Source: Diplonema japonicum (taxonomy: Eukaryota > Protista > Euglenozoa: Diplonemea). Taken from it: a stretch of DNA of 64,000 bases. The DNA is taken from positions 124,001 to 188,000 of the forward strand of contig OZ025757.1 in the NCBI GenBank assembly GCA_964019335.1, given 5' to 3'. Under the pieces are notes generated by a model. The model searched no databases, had not been told where the DNA came from, and saw only the letters and a program-made list of their open reading frames with translations. The first letter of the stretch is position 1; every line of letters begins with the position of its first letter. Position numbers and translations under genes: made by a program. Shown here in pieces: positions 1 to 11,305 of this stretch.

Positions 1-559
1 GTATGCAAAGAAGCAGCATCGAGATCCAGGGAAACACCTTTTTTAGCCGCATTTGCCACATTGTTCGAAATTATGACCCAAATAACGTTTGGGGCGAGCA
101 TTTGGGATATATGGAATGTCGTTGAGCCTCTGATGTCAAAACAGGGTCCACAAGGATTCCGATCTTCACGAAACCGGATGCCTTCCAACCGCTCCGGCTT
201 TGCCGTCCAATCACCCTGCTGTGACTCGGAATCGGTCGAATTCGTATCAGAATCACTGTTCGTACCAAAATTGCATAATAGGGATGAGCCATCAGTGCTA
301 CCATCACTCATAATGTCCTCTTCCGGCCTCTTTCTGGGCACCCTTTTTTGAAGTGATTTTTAAGGGTAAATTTGGGCTGGCGTTTTTTTTTCTTTTTTCT
401 TTTTCTTGTTAAGTTAGGGCAGCATTTAGTTTATATTTTTCATATTTTCCGCGCAGGACCCCGGATGCGAGAAGTGGCCGAGCTGTATTGCATTGAAAGC
501 CCTTTGCGCAAAAGATTTTTTTTCAAATCGTCTCTATAAAGACGCTCGTTGGTAGATGG
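1..559 (-). mobile_element. Defective piggyBac-like DNA transposon, family A (cut by window start)
   Basis: Ends in CGTTGGTAGATGG (547-559) followed by TTAA (560-563). Near-identical to 43028-43592, the element with both TIRs. Carries a frameshifted acidic transposase N-terminus on the minus strand. Confidence 0.85.
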
Positions 560-660
560 TTAATAAATTATTGTTTCCAAAGGAGCAGCAGGTGAGTGTT
601 TTTTTTTTTTTTTTTTTTTTGTTCCCCCCTTTTCTTTTTATTACATCAAACAGCTTTAAC

Positions 661-700
<40 letters not shown>

Positions 701-903
701 AAGAGGAAAAGCCCCCAAAAAAAAAATGAAGAGAGAAAAGAAGTATGATAACTGATTTCCTTTCGTATAACCGCTGGGGGGGGGGGTGTTTTTTTTTTAA
801 AACCTTTTTGTGAAACTCATAACGAATAAATTCAGCCCCCCCCCCCCCCCCCCCCCCGGTCGGCACATCAATGCGACCCCCCCCAAAAACACACACACAC
901 AAC

Positions 904-3672
904 TTATGTCAATGCCGAAACGTCTGTGAGGAGAGAAGATTCAGTGCGAGGGAACTCGGGGTCGGGCGACCTCATGGCGAAAACTCGGTGATGCCGTGGA
1001 GGGTTTACAACCGACTGCCGCCTTCGCTTCACCCTATCTGAAACAATCGAATCTGTCGAAGCAGTCACAGACAACTCCGAAAACGGCGCCCGGCACAATG
1101 GGGGGACTGTTCTTATCTCTTCTATAGGCGTGATGACAGGTGTTGCCAGCAGCGCAACCGACCGAGGAGCCTGGCTTGTAATCCCGATTTCAGCGACCAC
1201 CAATGCAGGAACTTGCCCCAAATTCTTGGCAATCGCTTCTTTAACAGCTTCCAACAACGCCGGTCTCGAAGGAGCTGACGACGGTAGTTTGCTTAAAACA
1301 TCAAATGCAGAATCATGATCGCCCGCCCAGTGAAATTTAATCGCTTTATTCAACGCACTCCACGGGTCTTGTTCTTGCTTGATAAGGTACATCCATTCTT
1401 GGTTCGCCTCGGACGGAACATGGCGCGACATAATCTCCCACACGACTATGGGCGCTGTACTGCCTCGTTTCCCGAAAACTATTTGTTCCAACGCCCTCAA
1501 GATGAACAGAGTCGCCGCATCCCTCACCACATTGTTGTCCGCAAGGATCTGAATTCCCCACCGATTCGCGAGCCTTTCGACAATATGCGTCCACACCGCT
1601 GTCCCGCTAATGTAATTATACCGTTTCAACCCTTCACAACCAAGATTTCCCACCAACGCCACCCCGGTCGCAAGCCCTATCGTAACATTGACGATTTTAA
1701 CAGAACTGTGGGTCGCTGAGTTGTTCGCGATTATCGTTTGGATTCTACACGAAGCTTTCAAAGCTTCAAGCCGATGCCCGCCTTTTGTAAAATACCCATA
1801 CACCCTGTCACCCTTGAAATCAGTGAAACCCCTGCTGTTGGATATGACAGATGTGAATGTGGTGAGGACGGCACGATGGGTAGCCTCCAGATCCGAGATG
1901 TCCAGATTTTTCACAAGACCCAGGAAATTGTTCACGCTTCCTTCCAGAAGAGTAACCTCCCGTTTCTTCAAAACAGGTGGGATCGACTCCATAAGTGTAA
2001 GCGGGGATGTAGCAACAGAATCCCTCACACTGTGCTCTGTGGAGGCGACCGATGGGATGTCATCGTCGTCTTCTGACATTTCGTGCGACATTTCGGGCGT
2101 TCCAGGAAGCATGACCTCTGCTTCTTCTCCTAAAATGTCGCCTTGTTCCGACTCGTTCACCAGACATGGCTGTGGGATAAAATCCTTTAATTTCATGAGG
2201 TTTTCGCACATTCCGATGAACGACCGTTGCATGCACGCAATTTCTGTAAACATGCATCGTTCTGCGAGGGTTTCCGCCATGACCTCTGGGACGCGTTCCC
2301 ATTGCGCAGCCTGTGTCATTTTTTCGCGAAGCGAGTTTTGTGCTTGAAAAATCCTCCCGAACACGAACCAGAATATTAAAGGCGAACACCCTGCCAGGAC
2401 GAGAACCACGCCTACCGCCCAGTAAACCGTTTGCGTCCTCTGTTCTTCCGTATCGTCTATAAGACTGTACAACCCTGAGAAATAATCTGATTCGGGCGTT
2501 GCGACAACTATTGCAATTCGTAACCCGGAGTCGTCATCTACCATGACGGCTTGAACGTATGTTTTGTCCGGGTTGTGTATCGTGTCGTTGAGTGTCTGCC
2601 CGTTTGTTTTGTAAAACTTCACGCACCCTGTTCGACAGTCTGTGAGCATATCTTGAAGAACGATGGTAGAGTTCAAATAGCTCCAGTAAGGCCGGTCGCT
2701 CAACGCCTTTGAAAGGTACGGATCCTCAATATCGTCAAGGGTACTGTTCACCAAAGACTCAGAGAACACAGTAGAGCTCGCACCGTTCAACCCGGGAACA
2801 GCAGATGCAATGAATCTACTCGATGTTGCCCCGTACTCCAACAGCACGGAACGGGTGTTGTCGGAAACGCCCGTCGTTACATTCCGCAAAATCGCGGCGA
2901 AGAATGATATCGATGATTCAATGTACAGGTAGCACCCTGCAGGGCCTTGGTTGCAAGGGGACATTAACGGGATGACGTAAGTTTCTAGATACGGCTGAAA
3001 AACGATGGGGTAGAAGGTTAACGAAGTAGGGTTTGTATCGGACATTGCCGCGATTACCTCCAAACCGGTTTCGACCTGCTGGGTGGTTGGGTAATCTACC
3101 CAATTTTCCCCTGACACTGATGTTTTAACCACTGGTGTTGATGTTGTATTTGTGTTACTTATGTACATCCATGAGGTGCCGTTCCACATGTTTGGTGATG
3201 ATGCCACACCTTGCTCTTCTGAGTACTGGGTTTGCAATCTGAAGGCGGAAACGTGTTCGTTTCCGTGGTTTTGCTGCATGGCCATTATGGTAGATTTCAA
3301 GGAGGAAAGCAGGAAGGTTCCTTGGAGACCGGTGCTGCTCTGCAAGCCGCTTATCGCGACTTTCATTGTGGTGGCTACTTCCTTCAGGCAAAGGGAAATT
3401 TGCGTTATCCCCGCTACCCGTAGCTTGGCAACTGCTTTGAGAAGAATCTCTTCCGAGTTTTTTACTAATCGGTCTTGCGTTTTATCGGAGCCTACCGCTA
3501 TAACCGCAACACCTCCTATACCCACACATAGAACAGTTATAAGCGATATAACTACTAGTACCCAGCTGAGTTTTACCTCAAATGGTGGTTTTGCAACGTC
3601 TTCTGCCGGTGGGACGGCTAATGGTCCTGTGTTTACGGCCTCCCTAGGGACGACGCCCTGCGCCTCATCCAT
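904..3672 (-). CDS. Receptor-type adenylate/guanylate cyclase-like membrane protein (2 TM, extracellular sensor, degenerate HAMP, class III cyclase-like domain)
   Basis: 922-aa ORF. TM1 WVLVVISLITVLCVGIGGVAVIAV and TM2 VYWAVGVVLVLAGCSPLIFWFVF. HAMP-like TEIACMQRSFIGMCENL..FIPQ. Cyclase-like KREVTLL..FKGDRVYGYF..VTIGLATGVALVGNLG..YNYISG. Confidence 0.8.
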   Translation of the reverse strand: MDEAQGVVPREAVNTGPLAVPPAEDVAKPPFEVKLSWVLVVISLITVLCVGIGGVAVIAVGSDKTQDRLVKNSEEILLKAVAKLRVAGITQISLCLKEVATTMKVAISGLQSSTGLQGTFLLSSLKSTIMAMQQNHGNEHVSAFRLQTQYSEEQGVASSPNMWNGTSWMYISNTNTTSTPVVKTSVSGENWVDYPTTQQVETGLEVIAAMSDTNPTSLTFYPIVFQPYLETYVIPLMSPCNQGPAGCYLYIESSISFFAAILRNVTTGVSDNTRSVLLEYGATSSRFIASAVPGLNGASSTVFSESLVNSTLDDIEDPYLSKALSDRPYWSYLNSTIVLQDMLTDCRTGCVKFYKTNGQTLNDTIHNPDKTYVQAVMVDDDSGLRIAIVVATPESDYFSGLYSLIDDTEEQRTQTVYWAVGVVLVLAGCSPLIFWFVFGRIFQAQNSLREKMTQAAQWERVPEVMAETLAERCMFTEIACMQRSFIGMCENLMKLKDFIPQPCLVNESEQGDILGEEAEVMLPGTPEMSHEMSEDDDDIPSVASTEHSVRDSVATSPLTLMESIPPVLKKREVTLLEGSVNNFLGLVKNLDISDLEATHRAVLTTFTSVISNSRGFTDFKGDRVYGYFTKGGHRLEALKASCRIQTIIANNSATHSSVKIVNVTIGLATGVALVGNLGCEGLKRYNYISGTAVWTHIVERLANRWGIQILADNNVVRDAATLFILRALEQIVFGKRGSTAPIVVWEIMSRHVPSEANQEWMYLIKQEQDPWSALNKAIKFHWAGDHDSAFDVLSKLPSSAPSRPALLEAVKEAIAKNLGQVPALVVAEIGITSQAPRSVALLATPVITPIEEIRTVPPLCRAPFSELSVTASTDSIVSDRVKRRRQSVVNPPRHHRVFAMRSPDPEFPRTESSLLTDVSALT

Positions 3673-4247
3673 GGGGGAGGGAGAAAAGAGGGAGGGGGAA
3701 AAAAAAAGAAGGGCCCTCCCCCCCCACTCCCCGTTTTCCCCACCCCACCCCGCCGCCGCCCCTCCAATCCCCCTTTTTTTTTTTTTTTTTAGAAAAAAAG
3801 AGCAAAATAAAAAAAAATAAGTGGGGGCGATGGGGGGGAAAAAAAAAAAAAATCAAATTCTAATGTTTGGCGATCGTTGTTTGTACAAGCCGGAAAAAAA
3901 AAAAAAAAAGAAGAAGAAAGAAGAAGAAAGAAAAAAAGATGTCATTGAAGGGAACCTGCAGTATGTGACAGGATCGCCTAGAGAAAATAGAAATGTAGGA
4001 AATGAGAAGGAAGAAAAAAAGGAGGGGAAGGAGATTTAAAAAAAAAAAAAAAGAAATGAGAAGGGGAAAAAAAAATCTAGGGGATTTTTAACTTGACAAA
4101 CGGAGTATGAAAAAAAAAAAGAAAAAGGAAGAAAAAAAAGGGGGGGGTGTACAACAGGGAAAAAAAAAAGAACAACAAATACTTTTTTTTTGAACAATTT
4201 TCTTTTACTACTACCACTACACCCACCCACCCTCCCCCTCCCCATTT

Positions 4248-4398
4248 TCAAAACAGCCTTGTCAAAGGTGGGTTGTTCGTCGGTGTATCGGGGCCGTACC
4301 CACGTGACGGTGAAACCCTTCTCCCGGTGATCCTCGAGAACTCGGATTGGAAGTCCATCAAAGATTTGGAGCTGCTCGATCGGCTGGGAAAAACATGC

Positions 4399-4431
<33 letters not shown>

Positions 4432-5234
4432 GGTACCGGAACCTGCACCTGCAGCACCTCAACAGGCCGAACCGGCTTTTGAACCACCACAGGCAGCTCC
4501 TTCTGCACGGTAGCAAGGACTGTTTCAGGAAGTGCAGGAGGCAAGGGTGAGTCATAATGCGACACTGGAGGCGGCGGTGAAACCCTTCCATGAAGTAGCG
4601 GCCGCACAACTTTTTCAAAAGCTTGCTTCGGGACAGGGAACTCCGGGATGGTTGCAAGCGAGGCCCTGTCTGTCCGAAGCCTGGTGTTTTCCCTCTTCAA
4701 AGATTCGACCTCTGCTTGCAGGCTTGCGATTACCATGTCTCTTTCATCCGGCCTCACTCTTTCTGGTGTTAATTCAAGAGATTTGACAGACATTTCGTAA
4801 ATTGGGTCTTTTGCAGGTGAATAAACAGATGTTTCAAGGGAGCGTTGCCTTATGGGGGACAGGGGTTTTGGTGTGCGTTGTCCGCCCCCACCACGGCGGT
4901 CTTGAGAATCTAAGAGGTCTGAACGGGTTCGGAGCATAGATTGTAACGCGAAAATCTGTCGGTTAACCTTGGCGAACTCTGATGTGGCGTCGCTGCTTGG
5001 TGGGGATGGCTTTGACTCCACCCGTCCCCTTCTCTTTTCACTGTGGTAGTAGTTACCGGTTGTGTGCATGTCCATGCTTACGGAGGCTTCACGTTTGTGT
5101 GGTTCTGAAGGTTTCTCCTTGACGTTCCCGCTTATCGTGTGTGTCCTCACGGTTGAGGTGGAAACGGTTGTGGAAACCTCGCTCCCTCCCCGCCGAGGGG
5201 GTCCGGACAGAAACGAAGACTCGGACCCGGTCAT
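4248..5234 (-). CDS. Hypothetical protein with low-complexity regions, a short coiled coil and Q10
   Basis: Open frame with coding-like composition between homopolymer spacers. First ATG at 5234 (MTGSESS). Coiled coil IASLQAEVESLKRENTRLR. Confidence 0.7.
4401..4430 (-). repeat. (CAG)10 coding microsatellite (polyQ)
   Basis: ctg x10 on the plus strand within the 4248-5234 CDS. Confidence 0.95.
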
Positions 5235-5467
5235 CCCTTCTTCTTTCCTCACCCCTTTTTTTTTTTTTTTTTTATATACAAAATGGGTTTTTAACAGGTT
5301 TGGGTTAAGAATAATAATAATAAAAAAAAAAAAGATTTTTTTTTTTTTTTCTCAGTACATTATTTCATATTCATCTGGGAAAAATATCACCCCTGCACCA
5401 AAAACACTCAGGAATAATGCTGCAAGGGCAAATTGCTGTGGGTATTTTTTTTTTTCTTTTTTTTTTT

Positions 5468-5953
5468 TCATACTTTGCCTGCGAGTTTTATATTGCTTGT
5501 TTTTTTTATGTCATTTTCCCGTACTTGCATCCGTCGTTTAATCTCGGCTTCGTTCGCCTCACGCTCCATTTTTCTGCTGTTGATTTTCATGGCGAATCCT
5601 TTCAGGACGGGGCCTTCAGGTGGTTTATACAAGCTAAGCATCCCGTCGGGCCGTTTTGCAAACCATATGACCCCACATCGGCCGTCCAATTCTGTTGCGA
5701 AAGGGGGTTCAAAGCTGGGGTCCGTGCCCTTTTCCCATTCCGTCACACTGGTGTGCCCCGAGGGCCTGATCGTCCCCCGCCCAAACTGTCGCCCTGCAAT
5801 TGCTCGTGGGTACTTTTCAAAGTAAATCACGTTTCCCTTTGAATCCTCGCTGATTGTGTAATAGTTCGTACCGTAGCCCCACTCTCCTATCAGTGTTTTG
5901 GGGTCGGGAAGGGAACCTTTCGAACAAAGAGCTACAAAGCTCCTTCGTAGCAT
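5468..5953 (-). CDS. Hypothetical protein, probably mitochondrial
   Basis: 161-aa ORF starting MLRRSFVALC, a short euglenozoan-type presequence. Same strand as neighbours and preceded by an A-rich leader. Confidence 0.7.
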   Translation of the reverse strand: MLRRSFVALCSKGSLPDPKTLIGEWGYGTNYYTISEDSKGNVIYFEKYPRAIAGRQFGRGTIRPSGHTSVTEWEKGTDPSFEPPFATELDGRCGVIWFAKRPDGMLSLYKPPEGPVLKGFAMKINSRKMEREANEAEIKRRMQVRENDIKKTSNIKLAGKV

Positions 5954-6039
5954 TTTTTTTTTTTTCTTTTTTTCCCTCCTTGCAATAGTCTATAAAAAAA
6001 TTTTCTTTTTTTCGGTTTTTTTTAAAAAAAAAAAAAAAA

Positions 6040-6172
6040 TAATTCTTTATGACTATATGTCTTTGTTGTTCGCACGAGCAAAAAAGATTTTTAAAAAGCT
6101 GCGAAAGTTTTTTGCTCGGCACAAGTTGCATATAGTTATAAAATCATTTTTTGAAAGATAAATATTTGTAAC
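6040..6172. repeat. R1 imperfect-palindrome dispersed repeat (~133 bp)
   Basis: Nested inverted repeats TTTATGACTATATG/CATATAGTTATAAA and CGAGCAAAAAA/TTTTTTGCTCG. Other copies at 20716, 25031, 27386 and 55645. Confidence 0.85.
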
Positions 6173-6280
6173 AAAAAAAAAAACAACAACTGGAGAAGGG
6201 AGAACAAAACTTTTTTTTTTTGTAATTTTTTTTTTTTTTCTAATTTCTTTTTTTTTTTCTTCTCATACTTAGCGCTCCCA

Positions 6281-6312
<32 letters not shown>

Positions 6313-6393
6313 ACTCAAAACGAAATAGTTTTAGAACTGTTGTTATTGCCACTATCGGCGGCTTTCCCAGAAGAGGAGGAGGAAGACGAGGTA

Positions 6394-6611
6394 CTAGTTG
6401 CTGAGTTGTTTTGTGGCTGAGATGCTGCTGGCGTGTCGTTCCTATAAAATAAAGAAATACAATAACACCCCCCTCCCCCCCTTTTTATTTATCCACACCG
6501 TCTAATCGACTTTTTCCCAACACATTCTTTGCATTTAAATCCGGATTTCCTTACCTCGCCGTGCCGGTCACTCCGGTAGCAAACAGTACACGTTGGGCCA
6601 TCAGGTTTCTA

Positions 6612-6643
<32 letters not shown>

Positions 6644-8010
6644 CGCACGCATACCGCCAACCGCAGGGACATCTGCAACCCAGAGCTGCTCGAAAGTCTT
6701 GCAAGATCGAATTTTGTGTCGACTTTCGTGCTGTTCACATGGGTTATTTTCCACCCTATACACGAACCAAGGCTGACTGAGGCTGCAGGTGAATCGGGAG
6801 CCGGCTCTCGGACGATCAGATCCTCCTCGGTAACCACCCCGAACATTGTTCCGCTCCCCGACCGCACCAACGTAACCGTGAGGGCCTTGGTCTCAAAGGA
6901 TATGGGGAGGTTGTGGAATATATTTGTAGAGATACACATTTCACGAAGCTTGCTTAAGGTCGTGAGCTGCGTCTCGTCCTTAGGCAGCATAACAGACGCT
7001 TTTGGCGATTCCGGAAACCACAATCTGTGAAGTCCATCGTAAACAACCTGTGTGATGCCAAGAATCTCACTACCAGGTTTCATCGCGATTTTAAAATTTA
7101 ACGCGTCCCCCGAAACGTTTTTATCAATTGACACTGTGGACCCGCTGGTGGTGATGAACTGGACTGACTGTGTATTTCTGTCAGCTCTGGGGAGTTCAAT
7201 TTCATCGACAACAGGTGAAGGCAACACCACCGGAGGGGTCGAGACGGCGAAGAATCGATCGCACACGTCCCGTACCTCGCTTTTCGGATATTTCTCGCAG
7301 AGCTCTGTGAGAACCCCGGTCAATACCTCGTCCATTCCCGGATCCGAGTGGTTGTTGGGATGTGGTGTTGTAGTTGATGCCGTCGGGGTCCACGAGACTT
7401 CCAGTGGAGGACCGTCTACCCGATGTTTTGTAGCCTCCGTCAGCACCGCCACAATGTTTTTACAGCTTCTTTCCGACATTAACTCCACAACTGTGCTGCG
7501 CTGCCGCAGCCCTGCTGTGTGCATTGTTAAGTTCGCCCCGTTGGAATCGATCTCCACCTTAACAAGATTCCTCAAGGGAACGCTCGTTTGCAAATTGTCT
7601 TGACCTTGTGATATTAAAATCTCACCGTGGGTTATCGAGATGGCCCCTTGAGATGTCGGTGCCAGGAGAAGAGGAGTTTGTGGTGCTGCTGATATAGGAG
7701 CGGGTGGGGTGTGGAATTGTGTTGCTTGCGGTACACGCAAGCCGGGTGTTAAAGGGGAACCCATTAAACTCCCGTTGCTTGAGTTTTCCCTGCCGCTTAG
7801 CCCAGCACCCAAAGACTCCCAAGTGTCGTCCACCTTAACCCCTGCAGGTGCTGGTCTGTTAAATGCTCTTTCAAACGCTCTTCGTAAAATTGCCTGGGGG
7901 CTGCCTGGCCGCGCCGCTGCGACTGAACCTTCCACATACACAATATCTCTTAGTTTATCTGAGCTGGCGGTGGCGGCGGTGGTGCTCAAAGGCTGAAGCG
8001 GTGATGTCAT
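6394..8010 (-). CDS. Hypothetical protein with PH-like middle and C-terminal PDZ-like domain; predicted introns 6609-6654 and 6442-6554
   Basis: ATG at 8010 (MTSPLQ); the upstream ORF extension is homopolymer junk. PDZ-like TVTLVRSGSGTMFGVV..LIVREPAPDSPAA..CIGWKITHVNSTKV. Introns GTATGC..ATAG and GTAAGG..TATAG. The last-exon frame is uncertain (alternative stop at 6315). Confidence 0.65.
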
Positions 8011-8982
8011 TTTGTCTCCACCCCCTTCCCCCTCCCCCCCCTCCCACCGCCTTTGTGTTATATTGTAACATGAGAAAAAGACTAAAAAAAAAAAAAAAGG
8101 AGGGGGAAAAAAAAAAAAACAGAATTTCCCTGGTACCGGATAAAAAATCTTATTTTTTTTTTTTTTTTTACTTTTTTTTTTTTTTTTTTTCTTGTCCTGT
8201 CCTCCGCCGCGATTCTCTTTCCCTTTCCACTTTTTTTTTTTTTCTGACGGAAAAAAAGGGGGGGGAAAGTAAGAAAACCAAGAACAACGCACCTTTTTGG
8301 GGGGCTGTATCTTTTGTGTGGATGATAGGTGCGTCACTTGAACACAACTAGCGCCAGGCGCTGCAGCCCGAGGCAGCAAAGTCGGCAGATAGGTTTAATG
8401 AAAAACTTGCCCCAGTTTCTGAGCCCGAAATATTTTCTTTTCTCTCCCAAGCAAGAAGCCTTTTATTGTTTATGCGTGCCCGAGAGATGTAGAAACCTGG
8501 AGAAAGTTTTGTAACCCTGCAAAACACGCTGCCCAAACATTTCCCTTATTGGTTGGGGAAAAGAAAGAAAAAAAAGGAAAAATTCACTCTGATGGGGGGG
8601 GGGGGGGGGGGGGGAGGAAGTATTTAATGCAACGATCCCACACCCTCCCCCCCCCTTTTTTTGGATTTTCGCTAAAGAACAAATGTAAAGAAAAAAAATA
8701 GTAGTTAGCATTTTTCTTTCTTTTTTTGCAAAAATGATATTTTTGCGTAGAGTCAACCTCCCCCCCCCCCCCCCCCCCCCCACGTAACTCTTTCAATTTT
8801 TTTTTCAAAAAAAAAAAAAAAAAACGTTGTGAGAAAGGAGACAGGTTATGTGCACAACTTTAAAAAAAAAAACTAAAAAAATCAGAAGGTTTCTTCTTTT
8901 TCTTTCCACTCTTAAAAACGGGTACGGAGGAAATATACATACGAAACAATATCTAAAAAAAAAAAAAAAAAACTCTCCTTGT

Positions 8983-10749
8983 TCACTCAACGTATTGCAC
9001 GTCCCCTCCTGTGAGGTTCCACTCCGTGTCGTTATTCGCAGTGCAAGAATGTCCGTCGTTCGTGTCCTCGAAATTCTGAATGTGAAAATTATGCATCTTC
9101 TTCTTTCGTGACGGCACACCGGCTTCCTCCTCTTCCTCCTCCCCCTCTTCCGCCCCCTCCTCCTCGTTCTCGTTTATAAGACCTGTCTCTTCCGAACATT
9201 CTGAACCATCTTCCGGGAACAACCAAAAACACCATCTCCTCCATAAGATTATTGCAAGGCAAGACCCAACACAAGCCGACAATGCGGATATCGACAAGGA
9301 TCCTTTGAGACAGTCGTCCCCATAGCAATATTTTACAGGATCGGAAGTGTTTTTTTCGGCGATGAAAACGAAGGAGGATTCCATGTGGTTTTCTTCAAAT
9401 TTTGCGTTAATGCCTGAGAACATGAGGGAGCCTCCTGACGGGGCCAGCGCCATGCAGGACAGTGCAACGGCGAAATGTTTCATTCCAAACACTTCTGCGG
9501 TGAGCTGTGGGATGACTGTTTGTACCCCACCCACACCAAGCCCAAGAATCGCCACACCGGTAACCTCCGCAAAACCGCCATCTCCAACAGCGAGTGTGAA
9601 CAAAGCCGCACTGTTGATCAAGCCCCACACAATGAACCAGAAGGTTCTCCGAACCTTGTCCCTCCACTTGTCAGTCACGATTCCGGTGATGATTCGCCCG
9701 ACAGTGTTCGCAACGGCAAATGTTGTCACAAGAGTAGTAATTAAATCCAGTCCGGGCAACCGTTGCCCCTCGCCTTTTTTAACGTAAGTCTCGCCTTCAA
9801 TCAGATCGGTCCTGCTGATCACCAATGCAGACAATACGTTCAAACATGCTGCGCACGGCCCGAACACCATTAGATACGTTATGAATAACTGCCCGCCTTC
9901 CAAAAAAGCCCGTTTTTTTTGAAACTTCGGTTCGGGTTGAACAACAACGGCGGCTGTTGAATTCACGACAAACGGCTTGCTCTCCTCCGCATCACCGTTT
10001 TTACGCGAGATCCACGCGGTTGTGACAAGTATACACAACGGTGCTGCAAGACATGTTACCATCATGAACCCGAACGCGTCTGGGGAGTCAACAAAACCCG
10101 ATGTTAAAATCGCGATCGCTGCGACACAAGCTGCAGCGTTTAATATTCTAACCGCGCGTTTTATAACGGACGACGGGGTTGGCTCCACGTTCGTCCTCAT
10201 AAAGAAACCGATGGATGCTTGGAACAAATGTCCGAACAGAAGAAGCAGGAAGAATTTATCGCCTTCGAAGAAGGCTTTTCCGAGTATTGTGAAAATACCA
10301 GCCGACAGTGACACCCATGTGGCTAGAGCACCGACCACCCTGCCTCGGAGATCCTTTCCGCATTGAGATTGACATGTTTTCAAAGCAATTAGGTAGCAGT
10401 AAGCCCCTCCTTGCCCGCTGCAATATGCCGCGATTCCATACATCGTCCAGTTTACATTTGAGTCAGACCGTGTTAAGAAGTACATTGCTAGATATCCGGA
10501 ACACCCAAGTATCATAGACGCGATGGCGGCGGCCTTGGGTCCGTACTTGTCAAGGAGGATGCCTCCTAGGACGGCTGTCCATACCCCCGCTTGCATTAGG
10601 GAGCCGATGGCGTTTACTTCCGACGGGGAGTACCCGTGTTTGTTCTTGATGGTGTCTGCAAAGGACGCGAACGCGAAGGACGGCACACCCCCAGCCATTG
10701 CCAGGTACACCCCGAGGACGATCTCCCTGTCGAGGCCTATGGGAATCAT
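8983..10749 (-). CDS. MFS transporter, nodulin-like family
   Basis: ATG at 10749 (MIPIGLD). About 12 hydrophobic segments. Motifs GGILLDKYGPK, NTVGRIITGIVTD, AEVFGMKHF and the nodulin-like C-terminal CYGDDC. Confidence 0.88.
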   Translation of the reverse strand: MIPIGLDREIVLGVYLAMAGGVPSFAFASFADTIKNKHGYSPSEVNAIGSLMQAGVWTAVLGGILLDKYGPKAAAIASMILGCSGYLAMYFLTRSDSNVNWTMYGIAAYCSGQGGAYCYLIALKTCQSQCGKDLRGRVVGALATWVSLSAGIFTILGKAFFEGDKFFLLLLFGHLFQASIGFFMRTNVEPTPSSVIKRAVRILNAAACVAAIAILTSGFVDSPDAFGFMMVTCLAAPLCILVTTAWISRKNGDAEESKPFVVNSTAAVVVQPEPKFQKKRAFLEGGQLFITYLMVFGPCAACLNVLSALVISRTDLIEGETYVKKGEGQRLPGLDLITTLVTTFAVANTVGRIITGIVTDKWRDKVRRTFWFIVWGLINSAALFTLAVGDGGFAEVTGVAILGLGVGGVQTVIPQLTAEVFGMKHFAVALSCMALAPSGGSLMFSGINAKFEENHMESSFVFIAEKNTSDPVKYCYGDDCLKGSLSISALSACVGSCLAIILWRRWCFWLFPEDGSECSEETGLINENEEEGAEEGEEEEEEAGVPSRKKKMHNFHIQNFEDTNDGHSCTANNDTEWNLTGGDVQYVE

Positions 10750-10914
10750 ATTGTTTCGATTATTATTGTGTTTTTTTTTCTTTTTTTTTTTCTCCCCTTC
10801 CTCCTCTCTCTCTCCCCCCTCCACCCCTCCCCTCCTCTCCTCCTGGAAAGAAAAAAAAAACTTTTCTTTTTTTTTTTTTTTTATATTATGATTTTTGGTT
10901 GAGAGAAAAAAAAT

Positions 10915-11205
10915 ACGCACCCCTACTGGGGAGGAATAGGTTGGTCCTGCTCGTGCCGGATGGAAAGGAGAATTGGACGCAACCTGAACGGCGCTACCAG
11001 GCGGGAAGGTGCTGGATACCGACGGCGGCAAAGGCTAGGTGACGACAAAGGCTGTGGGTGACGGCAAGAAAGCGGTGTTTGTCCCCGCGGTGGAAAGCTG
11101 TGCTCGAAACCTACCTGGTGGAGACCACGACGCGAGCGAGGGACCTCGTTCGCTGGGGGCGGGTCGAGCCGAGGACGGTGTCGAAGAGGTACTGGCTAAT
11201 CCTCG
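10915..11205 (+). pseudogene. Degraded coding-like relic of unknown origin
   Basis: GC-rich island. One plus-strand frame reads ~95 codons with a single TGA (11040-11042): ...CWIPTAAKAR*RQRLWVTARKRCLSPRWKAVLETYLVE... Confidence 0.3.
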
Positions 11206-11266
11206 AAAAAAAAAAAAAGAAGAAAAAAAAAAAGAAAAGAAGAGGGTTAGGTTGTTTTTTTTTTTT

Positions 11267-11297
<31 letters not shown>

Positions 11298-11305
11298 CAA
11301 TTCAT

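Noticed and set aside
8592-8782. Long G and C runs as G-quadruplex or hairpin elements
   Set aside because: Such runs occur in nearly every spacer and their lengths may be sequencing-error prone. Nothing locus-specific.
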